64,000 bases of DNA. It comes from Prevotella sp. (GTDB lineage: Bacteria; Bacteroidota; Bacteroidia; Bacteroidales; Bacteroidaceae). A program made the position numbers and the translations under genes. Under the pieces are notes generated by a model, which was not told the origin of the DNA, made no database searches, and saw only the letters and a program-made list of their open reading frames with translations. The stretch lies in NCBI GenBank assembly GCA_017458125.1, contig JAFTGB010000043.1, positions 1,275 to 65,274 of the forward strand, read 5' to 3'. Positions 49,126-59,386 of this stretch are shown here, one piece after another (the stretch's first letter is position 1; each line of letters starts with the position of its first letter).

Positions 49126-49312
49126 AGTCTTTCTCTATATAATAAGGTGTAAACCTCTTTTTGTGCTTTATAAAGAGATAAAAATGTAAAAAACACACTT
49201 ATTTTATCCCGTTTTGCTTTTATTAACGTTTGTTCCTAATTTGTTAGTATAATTTTTCCTATCTTTGCGTCCAACTACTATACTAAAAATTATTAACTTA
49301 AAACAATTGACA

Positions 49313-52300
49313 ATGAGAAAAAGTTATTTATTCTCTGCGATGCTGTCGCTGGGAATGTTAGGCAGCCTTACGGTCTGTCCTGTTCCAGCTATGGCATCCG
49401 TGACTCAGCAGACCATTAAGGTCACGGGTCAGATTGTTGACCAAAACGGGGAACCCCTGATTGGTGCAACTGTTAGAGTAAAGGGTGCTCAGTCAGGAAC
49501 GGTTACCGATTTTGACGGTAACTTCTCTATTGATGCTGCCTCCAACGCAACACTTGTTATCAGCTATGTGGGCTACAAAGACCGTGAGGTGGCTGTCCGC
49601 GGGCGTGCAGTCATCGAGAAAATCGAGCTGGAGAGCGACTCTCAGATGCTTGACCAAGTGGTCGTTATTGGTTATGGTACGCAGAAAAAGGCCGACTTGA
49701 CCGGTTCTGTTTCTATTGTTAATGCCGATGAGCTTAAGCGCGTGTCACACAACAACATCAGTTCTATGCTCGAAGGTAAGGTGGCTGGTGTGCAGATTAC
49801 CTCCGATGGTCAGCCTGGTGCTGACCCGACAGTGCGCATCCGTGGTGTCGGCTCGTTTGGCGACACCGCTCCCCTTTATGTCATCGACGGTGTTCCCATG
49901 GGAACCTCTATCCGTGACTTCTCGCCCAATGACATTGAGACCATTCAGGTGCTGAAGGATGCATCGGCTGGTGCCATCTATGGTTCGCGTGCTGCTAACG
50001 GTGTGGTGATTATCACGACCAAGGGCGGTAAGAAAGACCAACCGTTAAAAGTGGATTACAAAGGCTATTTTGGTATTGACAAGATACAGAGCGGTGTCTA
50101 CGATATGATGAATGCCGACCAGTACAGCCAGTATCTTGGCACAGCTCTTACTAATTCAGGTAAGGCATTGTACGGAGGTTACAGTCTCGGCGAAGACGGC
50201 AGATACCATTTTCAGGACAATACTAATACCGACTGGTTCAAGGAGGTGTTCAAGACTGGCATCCGACAGAACCACAACGTCAACCTGAGTGGCGGCGGTG
50301 CCCACAATACCTATAACATAGGTCTTGACTACTTCAGCCAGAAGGGAACGCTGGAAGGCCAGGGACCTAACTACCAGCGTTTCACTGCCCGTCTGAACAA
50401 CACGATGGAGACCAAGTTCGTTAAGTTCCGCACCAGCTTAGTCTATTCTCACTCTGACCAGGATAATACATCCATCTCCAATGCCAATGAGTACATTCAG
50501 GGCCTCTATGGTAACTTGCCCAATGTTCTGCTTGGTACCGTTACTTTGCAGCCTACTATCAAACCTTATGATGAGGCTACATGGGTGCTTGACGATATAG
50601 TTCCTATGGCAAGCAACCTGAATTATGACGCATACGGTTATGGTGTCGGCTATAACTCCATTCATGGCGACATCTCGGCTACCAACCCCTTGCTGACCAA
50701 TAATCTATTGGAGCGCAACACTCTGGTAGACCGTTTTGTGCTTACCGGTTCTGCTGATGTGGACCTGTTCAAGATGATTGGTATTGAGAGCGCGAACCAC
50801 AAGCTGAGTTACAAGATTAATCTTTCCTACAGCAAGGCCCATTGTACTGACAAGACTTGGATACCTGCTTGGATACAGGGACCGCGTGTGGCGTTGTTGA
50901 AGGAGAACGAACGCCTGACCAAGGGCAGAAGGACCTACTCTGATGCGCTGATAGAGAACACGCTGAACTATGACGGAACTTTCGGCAAGCATCATGTCAA
51001 CCTGGTGGTCGGCCAGACCTACGAGGAAGAACATACTGACAACCTGACGGCCTGGGGCACTTATTTCACCGAGCCTTATTTCCTGCAGATTCAGAATGCC
51101 GCAGCCAGGGATGCCAATTCGTATGAAGACAAGCATGTGCTGGCTTCTTATATCGGCCGTCTGATTTACGACTATGATGGCAAGTATCTCTTCTCTGCTG
51201 TCATCCGTCGTGACGGCAGCTCACGCCTTTCCTCCGGCCGCCATTGGGGCACCTTCCCCTCTGTGTCTATAGGTTGGCGTTTTGACAAGGAGAATTTCTT
51301 CCCCATCGACCGTAATATTGTGAACATGTTCAAGGTTCGTGCAGGTTATGGTGAGCTGGGTAATGAGAACATCGGCAACTATCAGTATCAGGCCACTATG
51401 GCCCGTAACAATATGACCTACAGCTTCGGCAACCAGGTTGTTACCGGTTCTGCTGTCTCGACCTTTGTCAACAAAGACATTTCTTGGGAGAAGAAGATTA
51501 CGACGAGTATCGGTATTGACCTTGCTCTGCTCAATAACCGCATCGAGTTTACTGCCGAGTGGTTCAAGAACAAGTCTAAGGACCTGCTGACGCAGGTGGC
51601 AGTACCTGCCAATGCCGGTGTATCCAACACCTCAGTGACCATGAATGCCGCCACGATGGAGAACACCGGTTGGGAGTTCTCGGCAACCTATCGTAACCAT
51701 GATCACGCCTTGAAGTACGACATCAGCGCCAACCTGAGCACCATCAAGAATAAGGTGACGTCACTGGCTAATGATACGGGCTACCGCAACGACGGCGACT
51801 ATATGACCTACGAGGGTCAGGAGATAGGACAGTTCTATGGCTATGTGTATAAAGGCATTATCCGGACCCAGACCGATTTGGACGACCTGAATGTATATGC
51901 AAACTCAAAAGGTATGGAGTATTACCAGCCCAGCGCACAGGTTGGTGACTGCTACTATGAGGATGTTAACGGCGACGGTACGATTACTGCCGATGACCGT
52001 GTCGTGCTGGGCAGTGGTATGCCGAAGGTTAACTTCGGTCTGAGTGCACATTTGGAATATAAGATGTTTGACCTGAGCATCTCTACTTTCGGAGCTTTGG
52101 GCTATCATGTGTCAGACCATATCTACAATGCCATCAACTCCTGCTATGGTCCGGGCAACAAGGATGTGGCCATACTGAATGCCAACCGTTGGTCTGACGA
52201 CGGGTTGACTTACACCGCCAGCGTGCCTCGTACCTACGAGACTGCTCTTGGAACCGGTTGGAACGATTTGTTCAGTGAACGTAAGATACAGAATGCTGCC

Positions 52301-52531
52301 TACTGGAAGATAGCCAATATAGAGCTGGGTTGTAACCTGCCCAACAAGTGGTTTGGCAATTATGTCTCCGGTGTGCGTGTCTATGTTTCTGCTCAGAACC
52401 TTTACACCTTCACCAAGTACAAAGGATACAATGTCGACTACGCCACTCCCAATCCATTCACTCAGGGCTATAACTACTGCTCTTACCCCAGCGCACGCAG
52501 CTTTATGTTCGGTCTGAATTTCTCGCTCTAA
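49313..52531 (+). CDS. SusC-family TonB-dependent transporter (arabinan PUL)
   Basis: GYGTQKKADLTGSV, GQPGAD..RIRG, LKDASAGAIYGSRAANGV, RRDGSSR. Confidence 0.95.
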   Translation: MRKSYLFSAMLSLGMLGSLTVCPVPAMASVTQQTIKVTGQIVDQNGEPLIGATVRVKGAQSGTVTDFDGNFSIDAASNATLVISYVGYKDREVAVRGRAVIEKIELESDSQMLDQVVVIGYGTQKKADLTGSVSIVNADELKRVSHNNISSMLEGKVAGVQITSDGQPGADPTVRIRGVGSFGDTAPLYVIDGVPMGTSIRDFSPNDIETIQVLKDASAGAIYGSRAANGVVIITTKGGKKDQPLKVDYKGYFGIDKIQSGVYDMMNADQYSQYLGTALTNSGKALYGGYSLGEDGRYHFQDNTNTDWFKEVFKTGIRQNHNVNLSGGGAHNTYNIGLDYFSQKGTLEGQGPNYQRFTARLNNTMETKFVKFRTSLVYSHSDQDNTSISNANEYIQGLYGNLPNVLLGTVTLQPTIKPYDEATWVLDDIVPMASNLNYDAYGYGVGYNSIHGDISATNPLLTNNLLERNTLVDRFVLTGSADVDLFKMIGIESANHKLSYKINLSYSKAHCTDKTWIPAWIQGPRVALLKENERLTKGRRTYSDALIENTLNYDGTFGKHHVNLVVGQTYEEEHTDNLTAWGTYFTEPYFLQIQNAAARDANSYEDKHVLASYIGRLIYDYDGKYLFSAVIRRDGSSRLSSGRHWGTFPSVSIGWRFDKENFFPIDRNIVNMFKVRAGYGELGNENIGNYQYQATMARNNMTYSFGNQVVTGSAVSTFVNKDISWEKKITTSIGIDLALLNNRIEFTAEWFKNKSKDLLTQVAVPANAGVSNTSVTMNAATMENTGWEFSATYRNHDHALKYDISANLSTIKNKVTSLANDTGYRNDGDYMTYEGQEIGQFYGYVYKGIIRTQTDLDDLNVYANSKGMEYYQPSAQVGDCYYEDVNGDGTITADDRVVLGSGMPKVNFGLSAHLEYKMFDLSISTFGALGYHVSDHIYNAINSCYGPGNKDVAILNANRWSDDGLTYTASVPRTYETALGTGWNDLFSERKIQNAAYWKIANIELGCNLPNKWFGNYVSGVRVYVSAQNLYTFTKYKGYNVDYATPNPFTQGYNYCSYPSARSFMFGLNFSL

Positions 52532-52580
52532 GCTGTTGCTGTAAATATAGAAATAGAAACAAAAAGAAAAACGCGAAAAT

Positions 52581-54368
52581 ATGAAACTATATAATATTTC
52601 CCTCGCAGCCCTCTTGGGCATGGCCACGCTGACAGCGTGTGAGGGCAAATTGGATGTTGCCAACCCAAACCAGCAGACAACCGACACCTTCGGTTCTACG
52701 GCTGAAGAACTGGAGGAGAGCATCATAGCATGTTACAACCACATCCGTATGGAAGGTACCTATGCCCGTGTGGGCTACACGCTTGATGTCTGCCGTGGAG
52801 ACGAGGTGTGGAATTCTTCCCAAGTGTGGTATATGGGTTTCGACGACCTTGATATTCCAATGAGCGACGAAATAGGGCAGTGGCCGTGGCGCGACTGGTA
52901 TTACACCATCAAGGTGTGTAACTTTGTCACCTCCAAGTTTGAAGGCATTGACGACGAGAGTCTTAACAACAAGATGAAGCGTATCAAGGGACAGGCATTA
53001 TTTCTGCGCGGACTGTCGTACTATAACCTTGCCGGTTATTTCCAGAACCCGATGATTATCACAGACTATAGTGTCTATTCTTCCCTGAACACGTTGAGCG
53101 TTCCAAACAAGGAAGAAGGCGACCAAGACGGTAATGCCCAGTATGACCGCGTGCTCGACTTGGTAGAAAGCGACCTCAAGGAAGCCATGTCGCTCCTGCC
53201 TTCCCGCGATGAGGGAGGTGAGTGGGCGCTCGGTCGTGCCACCTGCGGTGCTGCTGCCGGTTACTATGCTCGTACGCTGATGCAGCGTCATAAGTACAGC
53301 GAGGCCCTTGCTGTTCTGAAGGATATCATCAGCGGTCAGTATGGCACCTACAAGCTGATGGCCAACTATGGCGACAACTTCCGTGAAGGCTCAGCCTACG
53401 AGAACAACGCCGAAAGCCTGTTTGAAATCCAGTACCTCGACTACGGTTCTCAGGGTACCGATGATGAGTGGACGCCTGTCAACACCAGTGCCAATGCCAC
53501 GCAGGGCCACGCCATAGAGAGCAACTACGGTCCTGGCCAATACAGTGGTTGGGCAGACCTTTCTGCTGCTCCTTGGCTCTATCACCTGTTCAAGGCAGAA
53601 CGCACGACGTCGGGTTCTCTTGACCCCCGTCTCTACTGGACTATCGGCACTTACGAGCCTGAGTGGGAAAACGACCGCACCACGTTAGGCAACGTCTGCT
53701 ATACCAGCAAGATGAAGGAAGACGAACCAGTAGCCACGAATGACAATAACGGAGGTCTGCCCATCGCCAAGTGGACGAACATGCGCACTGGTCTTTATAA
53801 CGGTATCACCGTGGGTCTTCACTGTGGCATCAATCTGCGTATGATGCGCTATAGTGATGTGTTGCTTCGCGCTGCTGAGTGCGAGAACGAGGTGTCTGGT
53901 CCAACAGACCAGGCTATTGAGTGGATTAATGTCGTTCGTCGTCGCGCCGGTCTGGCCGACCTGAAGAAAGACGACTTCCCCACAGCCGACAGACTGTTTG
54001 AGCAGATTGCCAATGTGGAGCGCCCGAAAGAGTTCGGCTGTGAGTGGGGCCGTGGACTGGATCTCATCCGCTGGGGCTTTTTCTACGATAAGGACCGCCT
54101 TACTCAGCTGAAGGAGCATGGCACTTTCCGCCGTTCCAAGGACAAAACCCGTATTAAGGAGGCTGTCAGCTATTCGCAAGTGGGCAAAGACTCCGAGCTG
54201 AAGAGTTCGTATGACACTTACATCCAGGGTCATGAGTTCTTTCCCATCTATATTGGTACGATTAACGACAATCCCAATGTCGTTGGCAACTCAGCTAACA
54301 ACAGTACCAGCAACGCAAGCTATTTCTCTCAGAAAGGTTGGACGGTACATCCCGTGGTTAAACTTTGA
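52581..54368 (+). CDS. SusD-family lipoprotein (arabinan PUL)
   Basis: Lipobox LTAC; GQALFLRG, GRAT, DPRL, MRYSDVLL..AE, ER..EF..E..R..DLIRWG. Confidence 0.95.
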   Translation: MKLYNISLAALLGMATLTACEGKLDVANPNQQTTDTFGSTAEELEESIIACYNHIRMEGTYARVGYTLDVCRGDEVWNSSQVWYMGFDDLDIPMSDEIGQWPWRDWYYTIKVCNFVTSKFEGIDDESLNNKMKRIKGQALFLRGLSYYNLAGYFQNPMIITDYSVYSSLNTLSVPNKEEGDQDGNAQYDRVLDLVESDLKEAMSLLPSRDEGGEWALGRATCGAAAGYYARTLMQRHKYSEALAVLKDIISGQYGTYKLMANYGDNFREGSAYENNAESLFEIQYLDYGSQGTDDEWTPVNTSANATQGHAIESNYGPGQYSGWADLSAAPWLYHLFKAERTTSGSLDPRLYWTIGTYEPEWENDRTTLGNVCYTSKMKEDEPVATNDNNGGLPIAKWTNMRTGLYNGITVGLHCGINLRMMRYSDVLLRAAECENEVSGPTDQAIEWINVVRRRAGLADLKKDDFPTADRLFEQIANVERPKEFGCEWGRGLDLIRWGFFYDKDRLTQLKEHGTFRRSKDKTRIKEAVSYSQVGKDSELKSSYDTYIQGHEFFPIYIGTINDNPNVVGNSANNSTSNASYFSQKGWTVHPVVKL

Positions 54369-54402
54369 TACAGAATAATATGAATGAACACAGATAACAG
54401 GA

Positions 54403-56361
54403 ATGATTATGAAACTATTCAATAAGATAACAGGCACTCTCTGCTTATTGGCTTTAAGCGTAGTAATCCTGACGGGTTGCGAAGGCAGCGAGATGTATAG
54501 TGTCAATGCACCCGACTGGGTTGCTAATAAGATTGACTCCATCAAGAATGCCAAGTCAGGCGATGACGGACCTTTATACACTTTTGGTAAGACTGATTTC
54601 TCCTCCGGTTGGTGGACAGACTTCTCTAAGTATTATGTCATACCCGAAGGTCAGAAGTGGGAGGCCACGTTCGATCTGCACATCGACGCTAATGCCACCA
54701 ATACCTACAAGAACTTTGTACTAGTTCTCACTTCCGACTCAGAGCGCGGCGGTGCCGGCTACAAGGAGTATGGTGCCATACGCTATGATTACCAGCCCAC
54801 AGGTAACTCCGAGTGGGGAGACCACATTGACCGCAGTCTGGTGGAGAGCAATCTGACCTTTGCCACCGATACCGACCCTGGCATTGACAAGCTCGAAGGC
54901 ACGGTGGCACTTACCGTTGACCGTACCGGTGGCGGTCTGATTGTGACGATGGACAATGGGACGGTCAAGAAGACCTACACCCAGACGACACCGCTCGTAA
55001 ACCTCAATGCTGACCAGACGAATACCAACATTCGCTGCTTCTTAGTGGTCGAAGGTTCCTACATTGACTTCTTGTCGTCTAACATTGAGCCGTACGATGA
55101 GAATGCCGACTTCCAGCCCGTATCGCTGAAGCTGACGGGCATACCTACCGAAGTGCTGTTAGGTACTACTTTCGAGGAGTTGACAGCCAACGCCGAGGCT
55201 ACCGTAGAGTTTGAGGGAGGTTCGTCCAAGCAGTTGGAACTCAAAGACCTTCAGATACAGGTTGTTCCCGACATGACCAAGTTAGGCAGCAAGACGCTGA
55301 TAGCCGTCTACAATAAGACATCAAAGGGTTCTGCCAGTGAGCAGCCCGTTGTGGCAACGGCTCTCTTCAGTGTTGTCAACGAACTCTCTGCATTCACCCA
55401 GACCGTGGTCGTTCCCACGCCTCTGTCGATTGGTGCCGAGGACAATTCGACACCTTGGTGGAGCGTGTTTACCGATAACATCAAGGTAGAACCTAAGGAA
55501 ACAAAGGTAGTGAACTTCACCAACTACACTGCCGGAGACTTGAACTACAAGAACTATCTTATCATTCTCAACAAGGCTGATTTTGCCGAGTACGCTGTAG
55601 TGCGTGCCGACAACTGGGGATGGGGTGCCGGTATCGACAACAACACTAAGTTTGAAAAGATTGGTGGCTTTGCTACCGAAGAGGAGTGGGCTACCTGGCG
55701 TGAGGCCATGAATGGTGCCAAGGTAACCGCCTATATTACAAACAATGGTGATGGTACGGCAGACATCAAGACCGTGGCCATCGGCACTAACGGCGTTACC
55801 TATACACAGGAGTATAAGGGTATCAACACTGTCGACCCTGACGACTTCTATTTCCGCTTCACTTGTGAGGGTGCCCACCTTGTGTTCGACAACGTCATTG
55901 GCGCAGAGGATAACTCAACTCCCTGGTGGACAGCGTTTAGTCCCAACGTGAAGATACCTGCTCACACGGTATGTACTGTTAACTTCACCAACTACACTGC
56001 TGCAGACTTGAACTACAAGAACTATCTTATCATTCTCAACAAGGCTGATTTGGCCGAGTACGCTGTGGTACGTGCCGACAACTGGGGTTGGGGTGCCGGT
56101 ATCGACAACAATACAAAATTTGAGAAGATAGGCGGTTTCGCAACAGAAGAAGAGTGGGCAGCCTGGCGTAGTGCCATGAACGGAGCCAAGGTAACCGCCC
56201 AGATTTCCAACAAGGGTGACGGTACGGCAGACATTAGAATATCGATTGTCGGTGCTGATGGTAAGACTTATACCCAGAACTACCTTGGCATCAATACTAT
56301 TGACCCTGACGATTTCTACTTCCGCCTGACATGTGAAGGTTCTCATCTGGTAATTGAATAA
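54403..56361 (+). CDS. Surface glycan-binding lipoprotein (SGBP) with an Ig-like segment and tandem Trp-rich domains
   Basis: Lipobox LTGC; follows SusD; two ~156-aa repeats at 55429-55896 and 55897-56358, plus a more distant N-terminal homologous domain. Confidence 0.75.
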   Translation: MIMKLFNKITGTLCLLALSVVILTGCEGSEMYSVNAPDWVANKIDSIKNAKSGDDGPLYTFGKTDFSSGWWTDFSKYYVIPEGQKWEATFDLHIDANATNTYKNFVLVLTSDSERGGAGYKEYGAIRYDYQPTGNSEWGDHIDRSLVESNLTFATDTDPGIDKLEGTVALTVDRTGGGLIVTMDNGTVKKTYTQTTPLVNLNADQTNTNIRCFLVVEGSYIDFLSSNIEPYDENADFQPVSLKLTGIPTEVLLGTTFEELTANAEATVEFEGGSSKQLELKDLQIQVVPDMTKLGSKTLIAVYNKTSKGSASEQPVVATALFSVVNELSAFTQTVVVPTPLSIGAEDNSTPWWSVFTDNIKVEPKETKVVNFTNYTAGDLNYKNYLIILNKADFAEYAVVRADNWGWGAGIDNNTKFEKIGGFATEEEWATWREAMNGAKVTAYITNNGDGTADIKTVAIGTNGVTYTQEYKGINTVDPDDFYFRFTCEGAHLVFDNVIGAEDNSTPWWTAFSPNVKIPAHTVCTVNFTNYTAADLNYKNYLIILNKADLAEYAVVRADNWGWGAGIDNNTKFEKIGGFATEEEWAAWRSAMNGAKVTAQISNKGDGTADIRISIVGADGKTYTQNYLGINTIDPDDFYFRLTCEGSHLVIE

Positions 56362-56382
56362 ATGTATAATAAGAATTGTATT

Positions 56383-58326
56383 ATGAAATATATATCTAAA
56401 CTGTTAGTGCTGTTTGCCGTTGGAATGATGGCAACAGCTTGCGAGGACAAGGTCAGCGAGGAGAACATTGCTTTGGCTGTCACAACTCCTAAGGTAACGG
56501 CTGTTCAGACCAACATGGCGGTTGTCTCGGCAACGGCAGCAGGCTCGCATTTGATTAACCGTGGCTTTTGCTATGCCACAACGCCCAGTCCTACGATTGA
56601 CGATAACAAGGTGCTGTCCTCCAGCAAGGAAATGATACAGACCATTGCTGGACTGGCCAAGAGCACTACCTACTATGTCCGTGGCTTTGTTCAGACCAGC
56701 TTTGAAGTGAAGTATTCGGATGAGGTCTCTTTCACCACCCTGGCTGCCGCGTCAGCTGACGACGACGAACAGATAGAGGGTCCGGAAGCCTTGAAGCGTG
56801 TCAGCGTTCACGACCCGAGTATTGTGTGGGACGAGTCCACGGGCACCTATTATGTCTTCGGCTCTCACCGCGCTGCTGCCAAGAGCCGCAATATGATGAC
56901 GTGGAATGCCTTCACCGCTCCTTGGGCTACCGCTTCCAGTTCCAATGCTGCCAATGTCGATGCCTTCACTACTCCTCAGATTACCAAGTTCAAAAAGGGT
57001 GGCCAGGAGTATGAACTCACCTTCGATGCCTTTGCCTGGTCGGCACGCGGCAGTGCGTCCTACAGTGTTGACGGTAATATGTGGGCCCCCGACGTCATCT
57101 TCAACAAAAAGTTGAACAAGTGGTGCATGTACCTCAGCATCAATGGCGACGGCTGGTATTCCAGCATCATCTTGCTGACAGCCGACCAGATTACCGGTCC
57201 TTACCGCTATCAGGCTCCTGTCGTCATCAGCGGCTTCCGTTCCGGCGACTCCTACAAGTCCACCGACTTGGAAATCGTCCTTGGCCAGCAGGCATCTCTG
57301 CCTTCACGCTATGCTCCCTCTGACAACTACGGCAACCACTGGCCTAATGCTATCGACCCGTGCGTGTTCTATGACGAAGAAGGTAAACTGAAGATGTCGT
57401 ATGGCTCATGGAGCGGTGGCATCTTCATGCTGGAGCTTGACGAGGAGACGGGTCTGCGCGACTACGATGTCACATACAGCCAGAACTCCACCTCTGACCC
57501 TTACTTCGGTAAGAAGATAGCAGGAGGCTACTATGTCTCGGGCGAGGCTTCCTATATTGAGTATATCGGCGGCTACTATTTCCTGTTCATGACCTATGGC
57601 GGATTGGAGACCGCCGGCGGTTATCAGATGCGCGTGTTCCGTTCGCTGAACCCTGACGGTCCGTATGTTGACAGCAAGGGCTCTTCCGCTATATACAACA
57701 GCTACCAAATGAACTACGGCCCCTCTGCAAGAGACGGCAACCGTGGTGTGAACATCTTTGGCGCTTATAACGATTGGGGCTATCAGGTCGTAGGAGACTA
57801 TGGCGAGCGCGCCCAGGGACACAACAGCATTATAGCCGCACCTGACGGCCGTACCTATCTGGTTTACCACACCCGTTTCCAGAACAGGGGTGAGGGTCAT
57901 GAGGTGCGTGTCCATCAGGTCTATCAGAACGAAGACGGCTGGCTGGTTGCAGCTCCTTTCGAGTACACTGGCGAAGGCATCAAGAGTGCCGGTATCGCTG
58001 CCGCCCAGAAGGTGCCCACTGCTGACATTCCCGGTGCCTATAAGCTACTGATACACACCTATGGTCTGAACCATGCTTCGAAGGCCTTTGCTTCGCCGGT
58101 AGACATCACGCTCAATGCCGACGGTACCATTAGCGGCAGCAGGACGGGCACTTGGACGGTGAAGGACGGCACATCCTACGTCACCATTAACATTGGTGCT
58201 GCCTACAAGGGTGTGATGGTGCCGCAGACCATGGAGCCGTCGAACGTCAAGACTCCTTGTTTCACGGCCTTGAACGCTCAGACGGGCGTCACCATCTGGG
58301 GTTATAAGGTTCCTGAAGCAGAGTAG
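56383..58326 (+). CDS. Surface GH43 lipoprotein (endo-arabinanase-like) with FN3 domain
   Basis: Lipobox ATAC; FN3 (GFCY..TYYVRGF..Y); SVHDPS, WAPDV, NAIDP, YGSWSGG, GEAS, QGHNS. Confidence 0.88.
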   Translation: MKYISKLLVLFAVGMMATACEDKVSEENIALAVTTPKVTAVQTNMAVVSATAAGSHLINRGFCYATTPSPTIDDNKVLSSSKEMIQTIAGLAKSTTYYVRGFVQTSFEVKYSDEVSFTTLAAASADDDEQIEGPEALKRVSVHDPSIVWDESTGTYYVFGSHRAAAKSRNMMTWNAFTAPWATASSSNAANVDAFTTPQITKFKKGGQEYELTFDAFAWSARGSASYSVDGNMWAPDVIFNKKLNKWCMYLSINGDGWYSSIILLTADQITGPYRYQAPVVISGFRSGDSYKSTDLEIVLGQQASLPSRYAPSDNYGNHWPNAIDPCVFYDEEGKLKMSYGSWSGGIFMLELDEETGLRDYDVTYSQNSTSDPYFGKKIAGGYYVSGEASYIEYIGGYYFLFMTYGGLETAGGYQMRVFRSLNPDGPYVDSKGSSAIYNSYQMNYGPSARDGNRGVNIFGAYNDWGYQVVGDYGERAQGHNSIIAAPDGRTYLVYHTRFQNRGEGHEVRVHQVYQNEDGWLVAAPFEYTGEGIKSAGIAAAQKVPTADIPGAYKLLIHTYGLNHASKAFASPVDITLNADGTISGSRTGTWTVKDGTSYVTINIGAAYKGVMVPQTMEPSNVKTPCFTALNAQTGVTIWGYKVPEAE

Positions 58327-58327
58327 A

Positions 58328-59365
58328 ATGGCGGCAGGAACAATGAAACATGTTCTTTCTACAGTTGTGGTGCTCCTCGTGAGCACCACACTTTATCCCC
58401 AGCAGCACCGGCGTTTCCCGCGCGAGGCTTTCCAGACCGACACACCGATGGTGCACGACCCGGTGATGGCCTATGAGGACAGTACCTACTACCTGTTCGC
58501 TACGGGGCTGGGCATCCAGCAGATGAAGTCCAAGGACCTGAAGACGTGGACCGTGCTGCCTCAGCCCGTGATGACCGTCATGCCGCAGTGGACGCGCGAC
58601 TCGGTGCCAGGCTTTACCAGTCATGTGTGGGCACCGGATGTCATCAAGTGGCATGGACGCTGGTGGCTCTCGTACAGTTGTTCCACCTTTGGCAAGAACA
58701 CGTCGGCCATCGGACTGCTCAGCACACCCTCGCTGTCGTTTCCGGTGTGGAGCGATGAGGGCTGCATCGTCAGCTCGCAGGGTAAGCGCGACAACTGGAA
58801 CGCCATAGACCCTAACTTCGTCATTGACGACCAGGACCAGCCGTGGCTCGTCTGGGGCTCCTTCTGGGACGGCATTCAGCTGGTACGGCTCGACACCACC
58901 ATGCACGTCGCTGCCGGTGAGCATCCCCGCACCATAGCCCGTCGCTATTCGCCGAACAGCGCCCAGCAGGCGCCTAATCCTACCTCGAAGTATGCGGGGA
59001 CGAACGCCATCGAAGCCCCCTTCGTCATGAAGCACGACGGCTGGTACTATCTCTTTGTGTCGTGGGACTACTGTTGCATGGGCTCCAAGAGCACCTACCG
59101 CGTGGCCGTGGGCCGCAGCCGTTCTGTGGACGGTCCGTATCTGGACCGCGCGGGTGAAGACATGCGCGAGGGTGGTGGAACGCTCGTCATTGAGGGCGAC
59201 AAGCAGCAGTTTGAGGCCATTGGCCATTGCGCTGCCTACCACATGAACGGTGAGGATGTCTACATTAGTCATGGCTATAGCGTGGCTCATAAGGGTGCTG
59301 CCATCCTCGTTCAGCGCAAGATTGAGTGGACTCCTGACGGCTGGCCGGAATTGACGGCTGATTGA
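58328..59365 (+). CDS. GH43 arabinan endo-1,5-alpha-L-arabinosidase
   Basis: VHDPV, WAPDV, NAIDP, GSFWDGI, IEAPF, DYCC, GH; the start may be at 58343. Confidence 0.9.
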   Translation: MAAGTMKHVLSTVVVLLVSTTLYPQQHRRFPREAFQTDTPMVHDPVMAYEDSTYYLFATGLGIQQMKSKDLKTWTVLPQPVMTVMPQWTRDSVPGFTSHVWAPDVIKWHGRWWLSYSCSTFGKNTSAIGLLSTPSLSFPVWSDEGCIVSSQGKRDNWNAIDPNFVIDDQDQPWLVWGSFWDGIQLVRLDTTMHVAAGEHPRTIARRYSPNSAQQAPNPTSKYAGTNAIEAPFVMKHDGWYYLFVSWDYCCMGSKSTYRVAVGRSRSVDGPYLDRAGEDMREGGGTLVIEGDKQQFEAIGHCAAYHMNGEDVYISHGYSVAHKGAAILVQRKIEWTPDGWPELTAD

Positions 59366-59386
59366 TGAAATAATACCAATTGCAAG

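Noticed and set aside
47166-49196. 676-aa antisense ORF over GH51, plus similar long minus-strand ORFs (280-1779, 27548-29023, 30776-32248, 35521-36975)
   Set aside because: These are shadow ORFs explained by codon bias (scarce TTA/CTA/TCA on the sense strand); none has recognisable motifs.
49181-49200. AAAATGTAAAAAACACACTT as an arabinose-regulator (AraR) operator upstream of the arabinan SusC
   Set aside because: It is only a loose TGT-N5-ACA match in very AT-rich DNA and cannot be supported without a position-weight-matrix scan.
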